In this document: positions 15,911-23,441 of the stretch, in pieces
Position numbering within the stretch: the stretch's first letter is position 1
Layout: the number at the start of each line of letters is the position of its first letter
Origin: Candidatus Zambryskiibacteriota bacterium
Lineage (GTDB): Bacteria > Patescibacteriota > Minisyncoccia > Phycocordibacterales > Zambryskibacteraceae
Assembly: GCA_016177225.1 (NCBI GenBank)
Contig: JACOVQ010000009.1
Location: 1-54,854 of the forward strand
DNA length: 54,854 nt
Reading direction: 5' to 3'
Translations under genes and position numbers: made by a program
Notes under the pieces: generated by a model
The model's database searches: none
Told to the model about the DNA's origin: nothing
The model's input: only the letters and a program-made list of their open reading frames with translations

Positions 15911-17461
15911 ATGAATAACGAACAACATAAATTTTTCCTCTACGCCCGCAAGTCCACGGATGTGGAAGATAAACAAGTGCGGTCTATTGAAGATCAGATC
16001 GCGGAATTACGCGCCTTTGCCAAACAAGAAAATCTGAATGTTATTGATGTTTTGATTGAAAAACAATCAGCCAAAATTCCGGGCCGTCCGATATTTGGCG
16101 AAATGTTAAAAAGGATTGAGGACGGCGAGGCCAATGGAATTTTGGCTTGGCACGCGGACAGGTTGGCGCGCAATTCTGTGGACGGCGGGCGTATCATTTA
16201 TCTTTTGGACACTGAAAAACTTGCGAGCTTGAAGTTTCCAACCCTATGGTTTGAAAATACGCCGCAGGGAAAATTTATGTTGAACATTGTATTTGGGCAA
16301 AGCAAATACTATGTGGATTCTCTTTCCGAAAACACGAAGCGCGGTTTGCGCCAAAAAGTGAAGCGCGGAGAATACCCCGGCCCCGCGCCCATCGGCTACA
16401 TCAACGACAGCCGCACAAAATCGGTGGTCGTAGACAGAAAGAAAGCAAAAATCATTCGCGGGGCCTTTGAGCTTTACGCCGAGGGCAATTCGCGGTTGGA
16501 GGATATTTCTAACTTTTTGGCGCAACGCGGGATATTCTCCCGCGGCGGAAAGAGAATCCACAAGACGAGGGCGACTTTTATCCTCTCCAATCCTTTTTAC
16601 ACTGGGTTATTCAAATATGGCGGTGAACTTCATGAAGGAAAATACGAGCCAATCATCGCAAAGAAAATTTTTGATAAAGTCCAAGAAGTTTTAAAGCAGA
16701 GAGGACGGCCGCACCATAAAACCAAATATGAGCCGCAAGATTATTGCGGGCTAATGAAATGCGGCACTTGCGGAATGTCCATAACTGGCGAATACAGGAT
16801 TAAGAAGCAGAAAAACGGAAATGTCCACGACTACATTTACTATCACTGCACGAAAAAGAACAAAGCGGTAAAATGTCCCGAATCCTGTATTCGCCAAGAG
16901 GAACTGGACAAACAAATTTCCTCTCTGCTTCAAAAATTTTCTTTGCGTTCGGATTGGGCGGAAAAATTGCTTGCTATGGCAGAAGCGGACAAAGAAAAAT
17001 CCACCCAATCTGTTTCTGCTTTTGTTCTTGAATCTCAAAATAAAATCCACGCCATTCAAACGAAGCTCCAGCGACTTCTTGACGGCTATTTAGAGCAAGA
17101 TATTGAACGCGAAATATACCGCAAACAAAAAACAAAACTTCTTTTAGAAAAGAAGTCGCTGGCCGAGAAAATGGCGCGGATTGAACAAAAGCAGAATGAT
17201 TGGCTCGAACCGATGAGAGAATGGATAAAAGTCGCTTCAAACCTCGTCAAAATCGCAAGGGATAGCAACCTTCAAGAGAAGAAGGTTGCTGCCAAAGAAA
17301 TCTTTGGCTCGAACCTGCGCTTGGCGAGCCGCGCCGTGCGCGGCGAGCCAGTGTTTCCATACCTTTCCGCTCTTCGTGCGGCCGAATCAATCGGCAAAAT
17401 TCCTGAAAGTTTAATTCTGGTGCGGGATGCAGGGGTCGAACCTGCGGCCTTCGCTGTGTAA
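15911..17461 (+). CDS. Large serine recombinase (resolvase + recombinase + zinc ribbon + coiled coil)
   Basis: YARKS catalytic motif, DRLARN, LSENTKRG, AP.GY, CGTCG...YYHC zinc ribbon. The last 11 codons are read from the tRNA-Val antisense strand. Confidence 0.95.
   Translation: MNNEQHKFFLYARKSTDVEDKQVRSIEDQIAELRAFAKQENLNVIDVLIEKQSAKIPGRPIFGEMLKRIEDGEANGILAWHADRLARNSVDGGRIIYLLDTEKLASLKFPTLWFENTPQGKFMLNIVFGQSKYYVDSLSENTKRGLRQKVKRGEYPGPAPIGYINDSRTKSVVVDRKKAKIIRGAFELYAEGNSRLEDISNFLAQRGIFSRGGKRIHKTRATFILSNPFYTGLFKYGGELHEGKYEPIIAKKIFDKVQEVLKQRGRPHHKTKYEPQDYCGLMKCGTCGMSITGEYRIKKQKNGNVHDYIYYHCTKKNKAVKCPESCIRQEELDKQISSLLQKFSLRSDWAEKLLAMAEADKEKSTQSVSAFVLESQNKIHAIQTKLQRLLDGYLEQDIEREIYRKQKTKLLLEKKSLAEKMARIEQKQNDWLEPMREWIKVASNLVKIARDSNLQEKKVAAKEIFGSNLRLASRAVRGEPVFPYLSALRAAESIGKIPESLILVRDAGVEPAAFAV
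17309..17424 (+). repeat. Right arm of the element; inverted repeat of 15756-15871
   Basis: 116 bp with a single synonymous mismatch (17371 vs 15809). Confidence 0.92.
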
Positions 17462-17494
17462 AAGCGCTGCTCGTACCAACTGAGCTAATCCCGC
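17418..17494 (-). tRNA. tRNA-Val(TAC), integration target
   Basis: GCGGGAT/ATCCCGC acceptor stem, TT-TAC-AC loop, GGTTCGACCC and ACCA end. Confidence 0.95.
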
Positions 17495-17533
17495 GTTGGA
17501 ACGATATTATCATATATTGTATGCTTCATGCAC

Positions 17534-17616
17534 GAGCGCGTGGCGGAACTTGGTATACGCGTGCGATTCAGAATCGTATGCCGCAAGGCTTGGAGGTTCA
17601 AATCCTCTCGCGCTCA
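17534..17616 (+). tRNA. tRNA-Leu(CAG)
   Basis: GAGCGCG/CGCGCTC acceptor stem, TGCGA-TTCAGAA-TCGTA anticodon arm and variable arm; CCA not encoded. Confidence 0.93.
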
Positions 17617-17624
17617 CACCAAAC

Positions 17625-18353
17625 ATGGAAATTTTATACGAAGATAATGATATTCTCGCCATCAATAAACCGGCAGGGCTTGTTGTGCATCCCGTACCAC
17701 AGCTAGCTGGGTACGGGACAGGTCCAGATGGTAAGAGTGTGAGTGAGTGGTTTGTAAATAAATATCCGGAAGCAAAAGATGTCGGAGAGAAGATGGGCGA
17801 AGTAGAAAGGCCGGGGATTGTGCATCGCATAGACCGAGAAACTTCAGGAATACTGCTTCTCGCGAAGACAAAAGAGGGTCATAAAGTCTTGAAAGAGCAA
17901 TTTCAAAATAGAGAAATCGAAAAAGTCTACCACTTATTTGTATACGGCAATATTACCGAAAACTACGGCACGATAAAGTTACCCATCACCAGAAGTAAAA
18001 AAGATTTTAGAAAAAGGACTGCACGACCCGCCTTCGCACAAGGCTTCGGCGCGGCGAAGGAGGCAAGGACGGATTTCGCAGTTCTCAAGCGTACGGAGGA
18101 TAAAAGCGCGACCTTGGTCGAGGCAAAGCCTCGTACTGGGCGCACGCATCAGATACGGGTTCACTTCCAGGCAATACATCACGCGATTTTAGGAGATAAA
18201 TTGTATGCCCCTAAAAAGCCGCAACTTTTGGATTTCGAAAGATTGGCTCTCCACGCAAGACAAATTAAATTTAGGGATGTTTCCGGTGTCGAGCACACTG
18301 TCTCGGCCAAATACCCGAAAGATTTCCAAAAAGCGATAGATATGTTACATTAA
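17625..18353 (+). CDS. RluA/RluD family pseudouridine synthase
   Basis: INKPAGLVVH, GIVHRIDRETSG, TGRTHQIRVH, ILGDKLY and LALHA. Contains two in-frame palindromic inserts. Confidence 0.93.
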   Translation: MEILYEDNDILAINKPAGLVVHPVPQLAGYGTGPDGKSVSEWFVNKYPEAKDVGEKMGEVERPGIVHRIDRETSGILLLAKTKEGHKVLKEQFQNREIEKVYHLFVYGNITENYGTIKLPITRSKKDFRKRTARPAFAQGFGAAKEARTDFAVLKRTEDKSATLVEAKPRTGRTHQIRVHFQAIHHAILGDKLYAPKKPQLLDFERLALHARQIKFRDVSGVEHTVSAKYPKDFQKAIDMLH

Positions 18354-18381
18354 CTTCCCATGATTAAGATAATCAGCCCGG

Positions 18382-18451
18382 CCTGCCCCGTGAGAAATTC
18401 AACGAGGATAATATAGCCACAAAATTATGAACAGAATAATTTCTCATGGGG
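18382..18451. repeat. 70-bp hairpin element inserted in the 5' end of rplS
   Basis: CCTG tail, then CCCCGTGAGAAATT ... AATTTCTCATGGGG terminal inverted repeat (13/14 match). Confidence 0.75.
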
Positions 18452-18822
18452 TAAATATAGATGAAAGGCGAGCTATCGATTTTCGTGCAGGAGATACCGT
18501 GCGTGTCTGGCAGAAGATTGTTGAAAAAGGCAAAACCCGCCTGCAGGCCTTTGAAGGTCTAGTGCTTGCCCGTAAGCATGGCAGAGAAGCGGGAGCCACG
18601 TTTACAGTGCGAAGAGTTGCAAGCGGGGTGGGAGTTGAGAAAATCTTCCCGCTCTATTCTCCGGTAATAGATAAAATTGAAGTAGTAAAACGCTCTAAAG
18701 TTCGCCGAGCCAAACTGTATCATATTCGCGAAAAGGCTGCCAAAGAAATCAGCCGCCAGATGAGAAATATCCGATTGGCGAAAGATGTTGAGCCGGTTGA
18801 AGAAACTGTAGAAGCGAAGTAG
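18427..18822 (+). CDS. rplS: 50S ribosomal protein L19
   Basis: [22 protein letters not shown]...[11 protein letters not shown] and KVRRAKLY. Confidence 0.96.
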   Translation: MNRIISHGVNIDERRAIDFRAGDTVRVWQKIVEKGKTRLQAFEGLVLARKHGREAGATFTVRRVASGVGVEKIFPLYSPVIDKIEVVKRSKVRRAKLYHIREKAAKEISRQMRNIRLAKDVEPVEETVEAK

Positions 18823-18834
18823 TATTGGCGTTAC

Positions 18835-18916
18835 GCGCGGGTGATGTAACTGGTAGCCATCTACGATTGAGGTTCGTAGGCCGTAAGGCGTGGGAGTTCA
18901 AGTCTCCCCCCGCGCA
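18835..18916 (+). tRNA. tRNA-Leu(GAG)
   Basis: GCGCGGG/CCCGCGC acceptor stem, TACGA-TTGAGGT-TCGTA anticodon arm and variable arm; CCA not encoded. Confidence 0.92.
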
Positions 18917-18972
18917 CACTTCAACTCACTATGTTCGCTCAGTGTAAACACTAGTGATGATATGATTACTGC

Positions 18973-19428
18973 ATGAAGAAAGTAATTATTTCAATAATAT
19001 CTGTTGTAATTTTAAGCATTGGCTATTGGCTCATCTCGCCATTTTTTATAGATAAAAGAGTTTCAGAAGAATTTCCCATTGAAGAATCAAAAGTTGAATC
19101 TCGCCTGATTTCTCAGGGCTCATTCGCTGGTTTCGATAGAATTCATTACGGCTCTGGAGATTTACAAGTTTTTAAAACAGAAGAAAATTACATTATTAGA
19201 TTTGAAGAAAATTTTAATGTGGCAAATGGCCCGGATTTGTACGTTGGATTTGGGAAAGACGGTAAGTATAAGAAGGGAACAGAGATAAGTAAACTGAAAG
19301 GTAATATCGGTTCGCAAAATTACGTAGTGCCGGGGAATATAAATCTCGAAGATTATAACGAAATCTGGGTCTGGTGCCGCGCCTTCTCCGTGGGCTTCGC
19401 TAAAGCGGTACTTAATTCTTCAATATAA
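18973..19428 (+). CDS. DM13-domain membrane-anchored protein
   Basis: N-terminal TM, G.F.....H.GSG, NGPDLYV, LKGNIGSQNY and VWCRAFSV. Confidence 0.85.
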   Translation: MKKVIISIISVVILSIGYWLISPFFIDKRVSEEFPIEESKVESRLISQGSFAGFDRIHYGSGDLQVFKTEENYIIRFEENFNVANGPDLYVGFGKDGKYKKGTEISKLKGNIGSQNYVVPGNINLEDYNEIWVWCRAFSVGFAKAVLNSSI

Positions 19429-19933
19429 ATCTGTAAGGTTTGTTTGCCCAAATTTCTCCCGCATAGGAAACGCCGATTCTGGGAGTCCGTATTACATTTT
19501 GATTTTTGATTTTTTCATTTTGTTTTTCTTCTATCCAGAGTCCGGATTTTTTGCCAAGCATTTGCCCATTCAAGCTTTTGTCTATTTGAAATTTTTTCGT
19601 CAAACGTGCTGGGCCGGAGATGTGTTCGGTGCCACGTATGAGAACAGCTGCCCCGCAGCTGTTCTCTGTCACAATATTGAGCATCCAATGCATGCCGTAA
19701 GTAAAATACACATAAATTGCGCCCGCTTCTCCATACATGGTTTTATTTCTTGCCGTCTTTCCTCGCGAAGAATGGCAGGCCAGGTCGTGCGGGCCGACAT
19801 AAGCTTCCACCTCGGTAATCTTCTCGCGAATTATTTCATTTCCAACCTTTCGCACCAAATATTTGCCAAGTAAATCTTTAGCTACGACCAAAGTTTTCCT
19901 ATTGAAAAAGTCTTTACCCAAGGTTTTTCTCAT
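19412..19933 (-). CDS. 3-methyladenine DNA glycosylase (MPG/AAG family)
   Basis: VAKDLLGK, ITEVEAY, YVYFTYGMH, AVLIR, GPARLT and TPRIGV. Confidence 0.93.
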   Translation of the reverse strand: MRKTLGKDFFNRKTLVVAKDLLGKYLVRKVGNEIIREKITEVEAYVGPHDLACHSSRGKTARNKTMYGEAGAIYVYFTYGMHWMLNIVTENSCGAAVLIRGTEHISGPARLTKKFQIDKSLNGQMLGKKSGLWIEEKQNEKIKNQNVIRTPRIGVSYAGEIWANKPYRFILKN

Positions 19934-19966
19934 ATTGCCTAGTATATGATATAAAGATGCTCTGAT

Positions 19967-20040
19967 GGTGGCTATAGTGTAGCGGCTCTGCACGGAGGTT
20001 TGTGGAACCTCAAGTTCCGGCTCGACCCCGGATAGCCACC
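19967..20040 (+). tRNA. tRNA-His(GTG)
   Basis: G-1 plus GTGGCTA/TAGCCAC-C acceptor stem, GAGGT-TTGTGGA-ACCTC anticodon arm. Confidence 0.9.
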
Positions 20041-20073
20041 CCCATTAATTTTATAAAATGCTATTATTAAAAT

Positions 20074-20625
20074 ATGGAACACCGACATTTTTCGCATTAC
20101 TCGGAAAGCCAAGAAATAGCGCTTAGGCTTGAAAGTTATGACGACATTTTTTCTGATTTCGACAACAGGCCTTACTCCAAGCGCGCCCTTTCGGTAGATT
20201 TTCTTGACGAAGTTGAACGCGCATCCAGAGATAAAAAAGAAGGAAATGTAGAACTTATTCTTTCGGTGCCGAAAGAAAAGCGTGAAGAATCACACGACCA
20301 AGTCATCAGAGAACGGCTCCATTCTCATTTCAATAAGCATTACAAAGGACATCTTAATGAAAAACGGAGAGTTTTGCAGTTTGGGTGCGGCATGGTCATT
20401 CTCGGTATTATCTCTATGATTGCGGCGACCATCATCGTGTTTGAAGATCCGACCAAAAATATCTGGCTCTCGTTTCTCGTTGTGTTTCTCGAGCCTGCCG
20501 CCTGGTTTCTTTTGTGGGAAGGAATGGATCAAATTATTTTTAACTCTAGAAATATTCAGCACAAACTTGATTTCTACCGAAAAATGTCTAGCTCGCATGG
20601 TCACATTCATTTCCAGTCGTATTGA
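20074..20625 (+). CDS. Hypothetical membrane protein (2 TM)
   Basis: YDDIFSDFD.RP...R.LS.DF domain, then two hydrophobic helices ending WFLLWEG. Confidence 0.75.
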   Translation: MEHRHFSHYSESQEIALRLESYDDIFSDFDNRPYSKRALSVDFLDEVERASRDKKEGNVELILSVPKEKREESHDQVIRERLHSHFNKHYKGHLNEKRRVLQFGCGMVILGIISMIAATIIVFEDPTKNIWLSFLVVFLEPAAWFLLWEGMDQIIFNSRNIQHKLDFYRKMSSSHGHIHFQSY

Positions 20626-20631
20626 AACAAA

Positions 20632-21291
20632 ATGACTTCAAATTGGTCCAAAAACATTCTTTTCCTTCTGGTGTACATGATATCCGGACTGGTGCTCGTA
20701 ATCATTATCGAAGGTCTTTTGTCCGGTACGGAACTTATCCCGCTTAATACAGCGATAGAGCGACCAATCTCATTTTTGCGCAGACCGGTTATCACTACAC
20801 TCATAGTATTTATTACCAAGCTAGGCAATGCGTCGGTAATGCTTTCCGCCGCTACATTAGTCTCGGCACTTCTTGCTATGAAGAAGCGTTTTTACGACGC
20901 GGCGCTCTTCATGTCCGCGATGATTCTCACGATTGTTTCGCTGACCGTATTGAAAAATACTTTTCAAATCGCCCGCCCCGCTTCTCCTTTGATCGAAACG
21001 AGCGGCTGGAGCTTTCCTTCCGGCCATGCTACGGTAGCCACGGCGTTCTTCTTCATGCTCTCATATACTTTCTTCAAACGAATGAAGACGGCTCTCGGCA
21101 AGACTATTTTGGTGGCAGGTTCTGTCACTGCGACGCTGCTAATATACTTTTCCAGACTCTATCTCGGCGCTCATTGGACCCTCGATGTTTTGGCAGGTAT
21201 TGCTTTAGGCTTCTGGGCGACGAGTTTCGCCGCTTTAATCTTCGGCGTTTTCATAGAAAGTCGCCGTTCGTTGAGAAATACAATCGATTAA
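20632..21291 (+). CDS. PAP2 family phosphatase
   Basis: K....ARP, SFPSGH and SRLYLGAHWTLDV motifs. Confidence 0.92.
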   Translation: MTSNWSKNILFLLVYMISGLVLVIIIEGLLSGTELIPLNTAIERPISFLRRPVITTLIVFITKLGNASVMLSAATLVSALLAMKKRFYDAALFMSAMILTIVSLTVLKNTFQIARPASPLIETSGWSFPSGHATVATAFFFMLSYTFFKRMKTALGKTILVAGSVTATLLIYFSRLYLGAHWTLDVLAGIALGFWATSFAALIFGVFIESRRSLRNTID

Positions 21292-21342
21292 CTTCGGGGC
21301 GTAAACCACTCGCTTTATTTTCTGTATATTGTATAATATATG

Positions 21343-21550
21343 GGCACCATGTGTTCTTTCGAAAGGGGGTGGAAATGAAATAAAAAAAAGGAGGACATAG
21401 CCACTTCCTCCTTTCTAGAAGTTTTTTCCACAATCAACCGCGTTTCTTGCCATACGATTGCATCCCGCGCAATCGTATGGCACTTCGCATGCTTACCTCA
21501 AACTGGCAACCGCAATTCGCCCTCCTGGCGAATTGCGGCTCTTTTTTATT
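21343..21550 (+). ncRNA. Candidate ~200-nt structured ncRNA
   Basis: TATAAT at 21332-21337, three successive stems and a terminal 12-bp hairpin with a T-tract; no credible ORF. Confidence 0.4.
21510..21547 (+). terminator. Rho-independent terminator
   Basis: CCGCAATTCGCC-CTCCT-GGCGAATTGCGG followed by CTCTTTTTT. Confidence 0.8.
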
Positions 21551-21607
21551 TGACTTAGTTCGCTTTTTTAGTATGATTGAAGGACGCCCGAGAGGGTGTT
21601 TTTTAAA

Positions 21608-21790
21608 ATGAAAAGACTTATAAATTATCTTCGAGAAACAAGAGGCGAGCTCCAATATGTCTCTTGGCCGACACGCCGACAAGCTATTACTTTTACCGTA
21701 GTGGTAATCGTAATTTCCATCCTCTCGGCTATTTATCTGGGTTTCTTTGATTATCTCTTCTCCCTAGTATTACAGAAATTTGTTCTATAA
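21608..21790 (+). CDS. secE: Preprotein translocase subunit SecE
   Basis: YLRE.RGEL..VSWPT, single TM, and position before nusG. Confidence 0.93.
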   Translation: MKRLINYLRETRGELQYVSWPTRRQAITFTVVVIVISILSAIYLGFFDYLFSLVLQKFVL

Positions 21791-21793
21791 ATC

Positions 21794-22339
21794 ATGGCTA
21801 AACAAAAAATTAGTGAAGGCAGGAATTGGTATGTGGTGCACACTTACGCCGGTTATGAGAATGCCGTTATGCGCAACTTAAAACAGCGCATTGAATCTTA
21901 CGACATGCAGGACAAAATTTTCAATGTCATTGTTCCGACAGAAAAGAAAATCAAAATCAAAGGAGGCAAAAGAGTGGAAGAGGAGGAGAAGATTTATCCC
22001 GGATACATTTTAGTAGAAATGATTGTGACGGACGATTCTTGGTATGTGGTGCGCAATACCCCGAGAGTGACGGGTTTTGTCGGTTCCGGAGTTTACCCGG
22101 TACCGCTCGATAAAAAAGAAATCGATTCGCTATTTGCCCGCATGAACGCAGATAGAGTGACGCACACAATCAATCTCTTGGAAAATGACGCAGTCCTGAT
22201 TGTCGACGGACCATTCAAAGAGCTCGAAGGCAAAGTTTCGGAAATTGACGAAGAACGCGGCAAGGTTAAAGTTCTAGTCAACATGTTCGGCCGGGAGACC
22301 CCTGTGGAGTTAGATTTTTTACAAGTTAAGAAGATTTAA
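21794..22339 (+). CDS. nusG: Transcription termination/antitermination factor NusG
   Basis: WYVVHTYAGYE, YPGYILVEM, VRNTPRVTGFVG, DGPF and MFGRETPVEL. Confidence 0.97.
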   Translation: MAKQKISEGRNWYVVHTYAGYENAVMRNLKQRIESYDMQDKIFNVIVPTEKKIKIKGGKRVEEEEKIYPGYILVEMIVTDDSWYVVRNTPRVTGFVGSGVYPVPLDKKEIDSLFARMNADRVTHTINLLENDAVLIVDGPFKELEGKVSEIDEERGKVKVLVNMFGRETPVELDFLQVKKI

Positions 22340-22357
22340 GCTATCCTACTTACCTCA

Positions 22358-22789
22358 ATGGCAAAAAAAATTATCAAAGTACTCAAATTACAAATTCCGG
22401 GCGGCAAGGCGGTGCCGGGTCAACAGCTCGGACCGGTGCTCGGCGCGGCCGGTATTCCTATTGGCGATTTCGTCAAGCGTTTTAATGATGAGACTAAAGC
22501 GCGCGTAGGGGAGATTGTGCCGACGGCAGTAGAAGTTTTTGAAGACAAGACCTATAAGATGACCTATAAGACCGAACCGGCTTCAGCTCTTATTCTTAAA
22601 GCTTTAAATAAAGAAAAAGGTTCCGGTACTCCTAATACTTCCAAGATTGGTTCGCTGAACAAAACTCAATTGAAAGAAATTGCCGAAAAGAAAATGAGCG
22701 ACCTCAATACCAACGACATCGAAGCCGCTTCTAAAATCATCGCCGGTACCGCGCGTAGCATGGGGGTAGATGCGCAGTCTAGAGAATAG
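22358..22789 (+). CDS. rplK: 50S ribosomal protein L11
   Basis: KLQIPGGKA.P...LGPVLG, FN..T and IIAGTARSMG. Confidence 0.96.
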   Translation: MAKKIIKVLKLQIPGGKAVPGQQLGPVLGAAGIPIGDFVKRFNDETKARVGEIVPTAVEVFEDKTYKMTYKTEPASALILKALNKEKGSGTPNTSKIGSLNKTQLKEIAEKKMSDLNTNDIEAASKIIAGTARSMGVDAQSRE

Positions 22790-23441
22790 ATGCAATTCCC
22801 AGAATACTTTTAAGCTGACGACATTTATAAAAATTGTCAGACTCTTCCATGTTTACCAAAATGCAGTTTATTCCCAAGCCAGTCGGGACTTCGTAATCAG
22901 AACGAGGACGGTCGCCAATATATAAAAATTCTTCCGGAGTAAAATCCGGATACTTGAATAGCCAGAGTTTATAAGAAGTACCCAGTGATTTTGATCCATC
23001 GTCTGAGGTAATAATGTTGTTAAAGAGTGTTAACGGGATATTTAAGTGAACAAGTTTTGTTTTAGTATTTTTTTGATTTGAGCCGGTTATAACATCTAAC
23101 GAATATTTGCTTCCGAGCTTATTGAGTAAATCAATTAATTCCTGATTCGGCTTAAGAAACTGGGCAATATCGGCATTCTCCAACGCTTCTTGAACTGCGT
23201 TAGAAGCCTCTTCGGGAGGGAAGCCTAGTCGGATTAAGCTTGTGGTTCCGCCCAGTCCTTGCATGTGGTAAAGCTCTCTAAATTTGTTGGCAGCAGTGTC
23301 GATGTCGGTATTGAATTTCTTGGCAATTTTTCCGCAGATGTATTCTTGAATAGCTTTGTCAATCTTCGGAGACTTTGGGTAAAGAGTTTGGTCTAGGTCA
23401 AAACCAATAACTTTTATCTTCTTAAAATTTGTATCCGACAT
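22779..23441 (-). CDS. HAD-superfamily hydrolase (nucleotidase-like)
   Basis: Motif I FDLDQTLY, motif II ITGS, motif III K and motif IV IGDRPRSD. Confidence 0.85.
   Translation of the reverse strand: MSDTNFKKIKVIGFDLDQTLYPKSPKIDKAIQEYICGKIAKKFNTDIDTAANKFRELYHMQGLGGTTSLIRLGFPPEEASNAVQEALENADIAQFLKPNQELIDLLNKLGSKYSLDVITGSNQKNTKTKLVHLNIPLTLFNNIITSDDGSKSLGTSYKLWLFKYPDFTPEEFLYIGDRPRSDYEVPTGLGINCILVNMEESDNFYKCRQLKSILGIASIL

Larger units (their letters stand above)
13639..17424. mobile_element. Serine-recombinase integrative element at the tRNA-Val 3' end (cargo: guaA, XRE regulator)
   Basis: Direct core GTGCG at 13639-13643 and 17420-17424. Removing the segment joins tRNA-Val directly to AGT-ATG of the malic enzyme. 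Joining the ends restores an in-frame recombinase C-terminus that matches the internal inverted copy. Confidence 0.85.

Noticed and set aside
15524-15976. ORFs 15524-15769, 15547-15750, 15577-15918, 15716-15976, and mirror ORFs 13568-13777, 13649-13885, 17247-17513
   Set aside because: These are by-products of the GC-rich inverted repeats. 15716-15976 is informative only because it shows the alternative recombinase tail.
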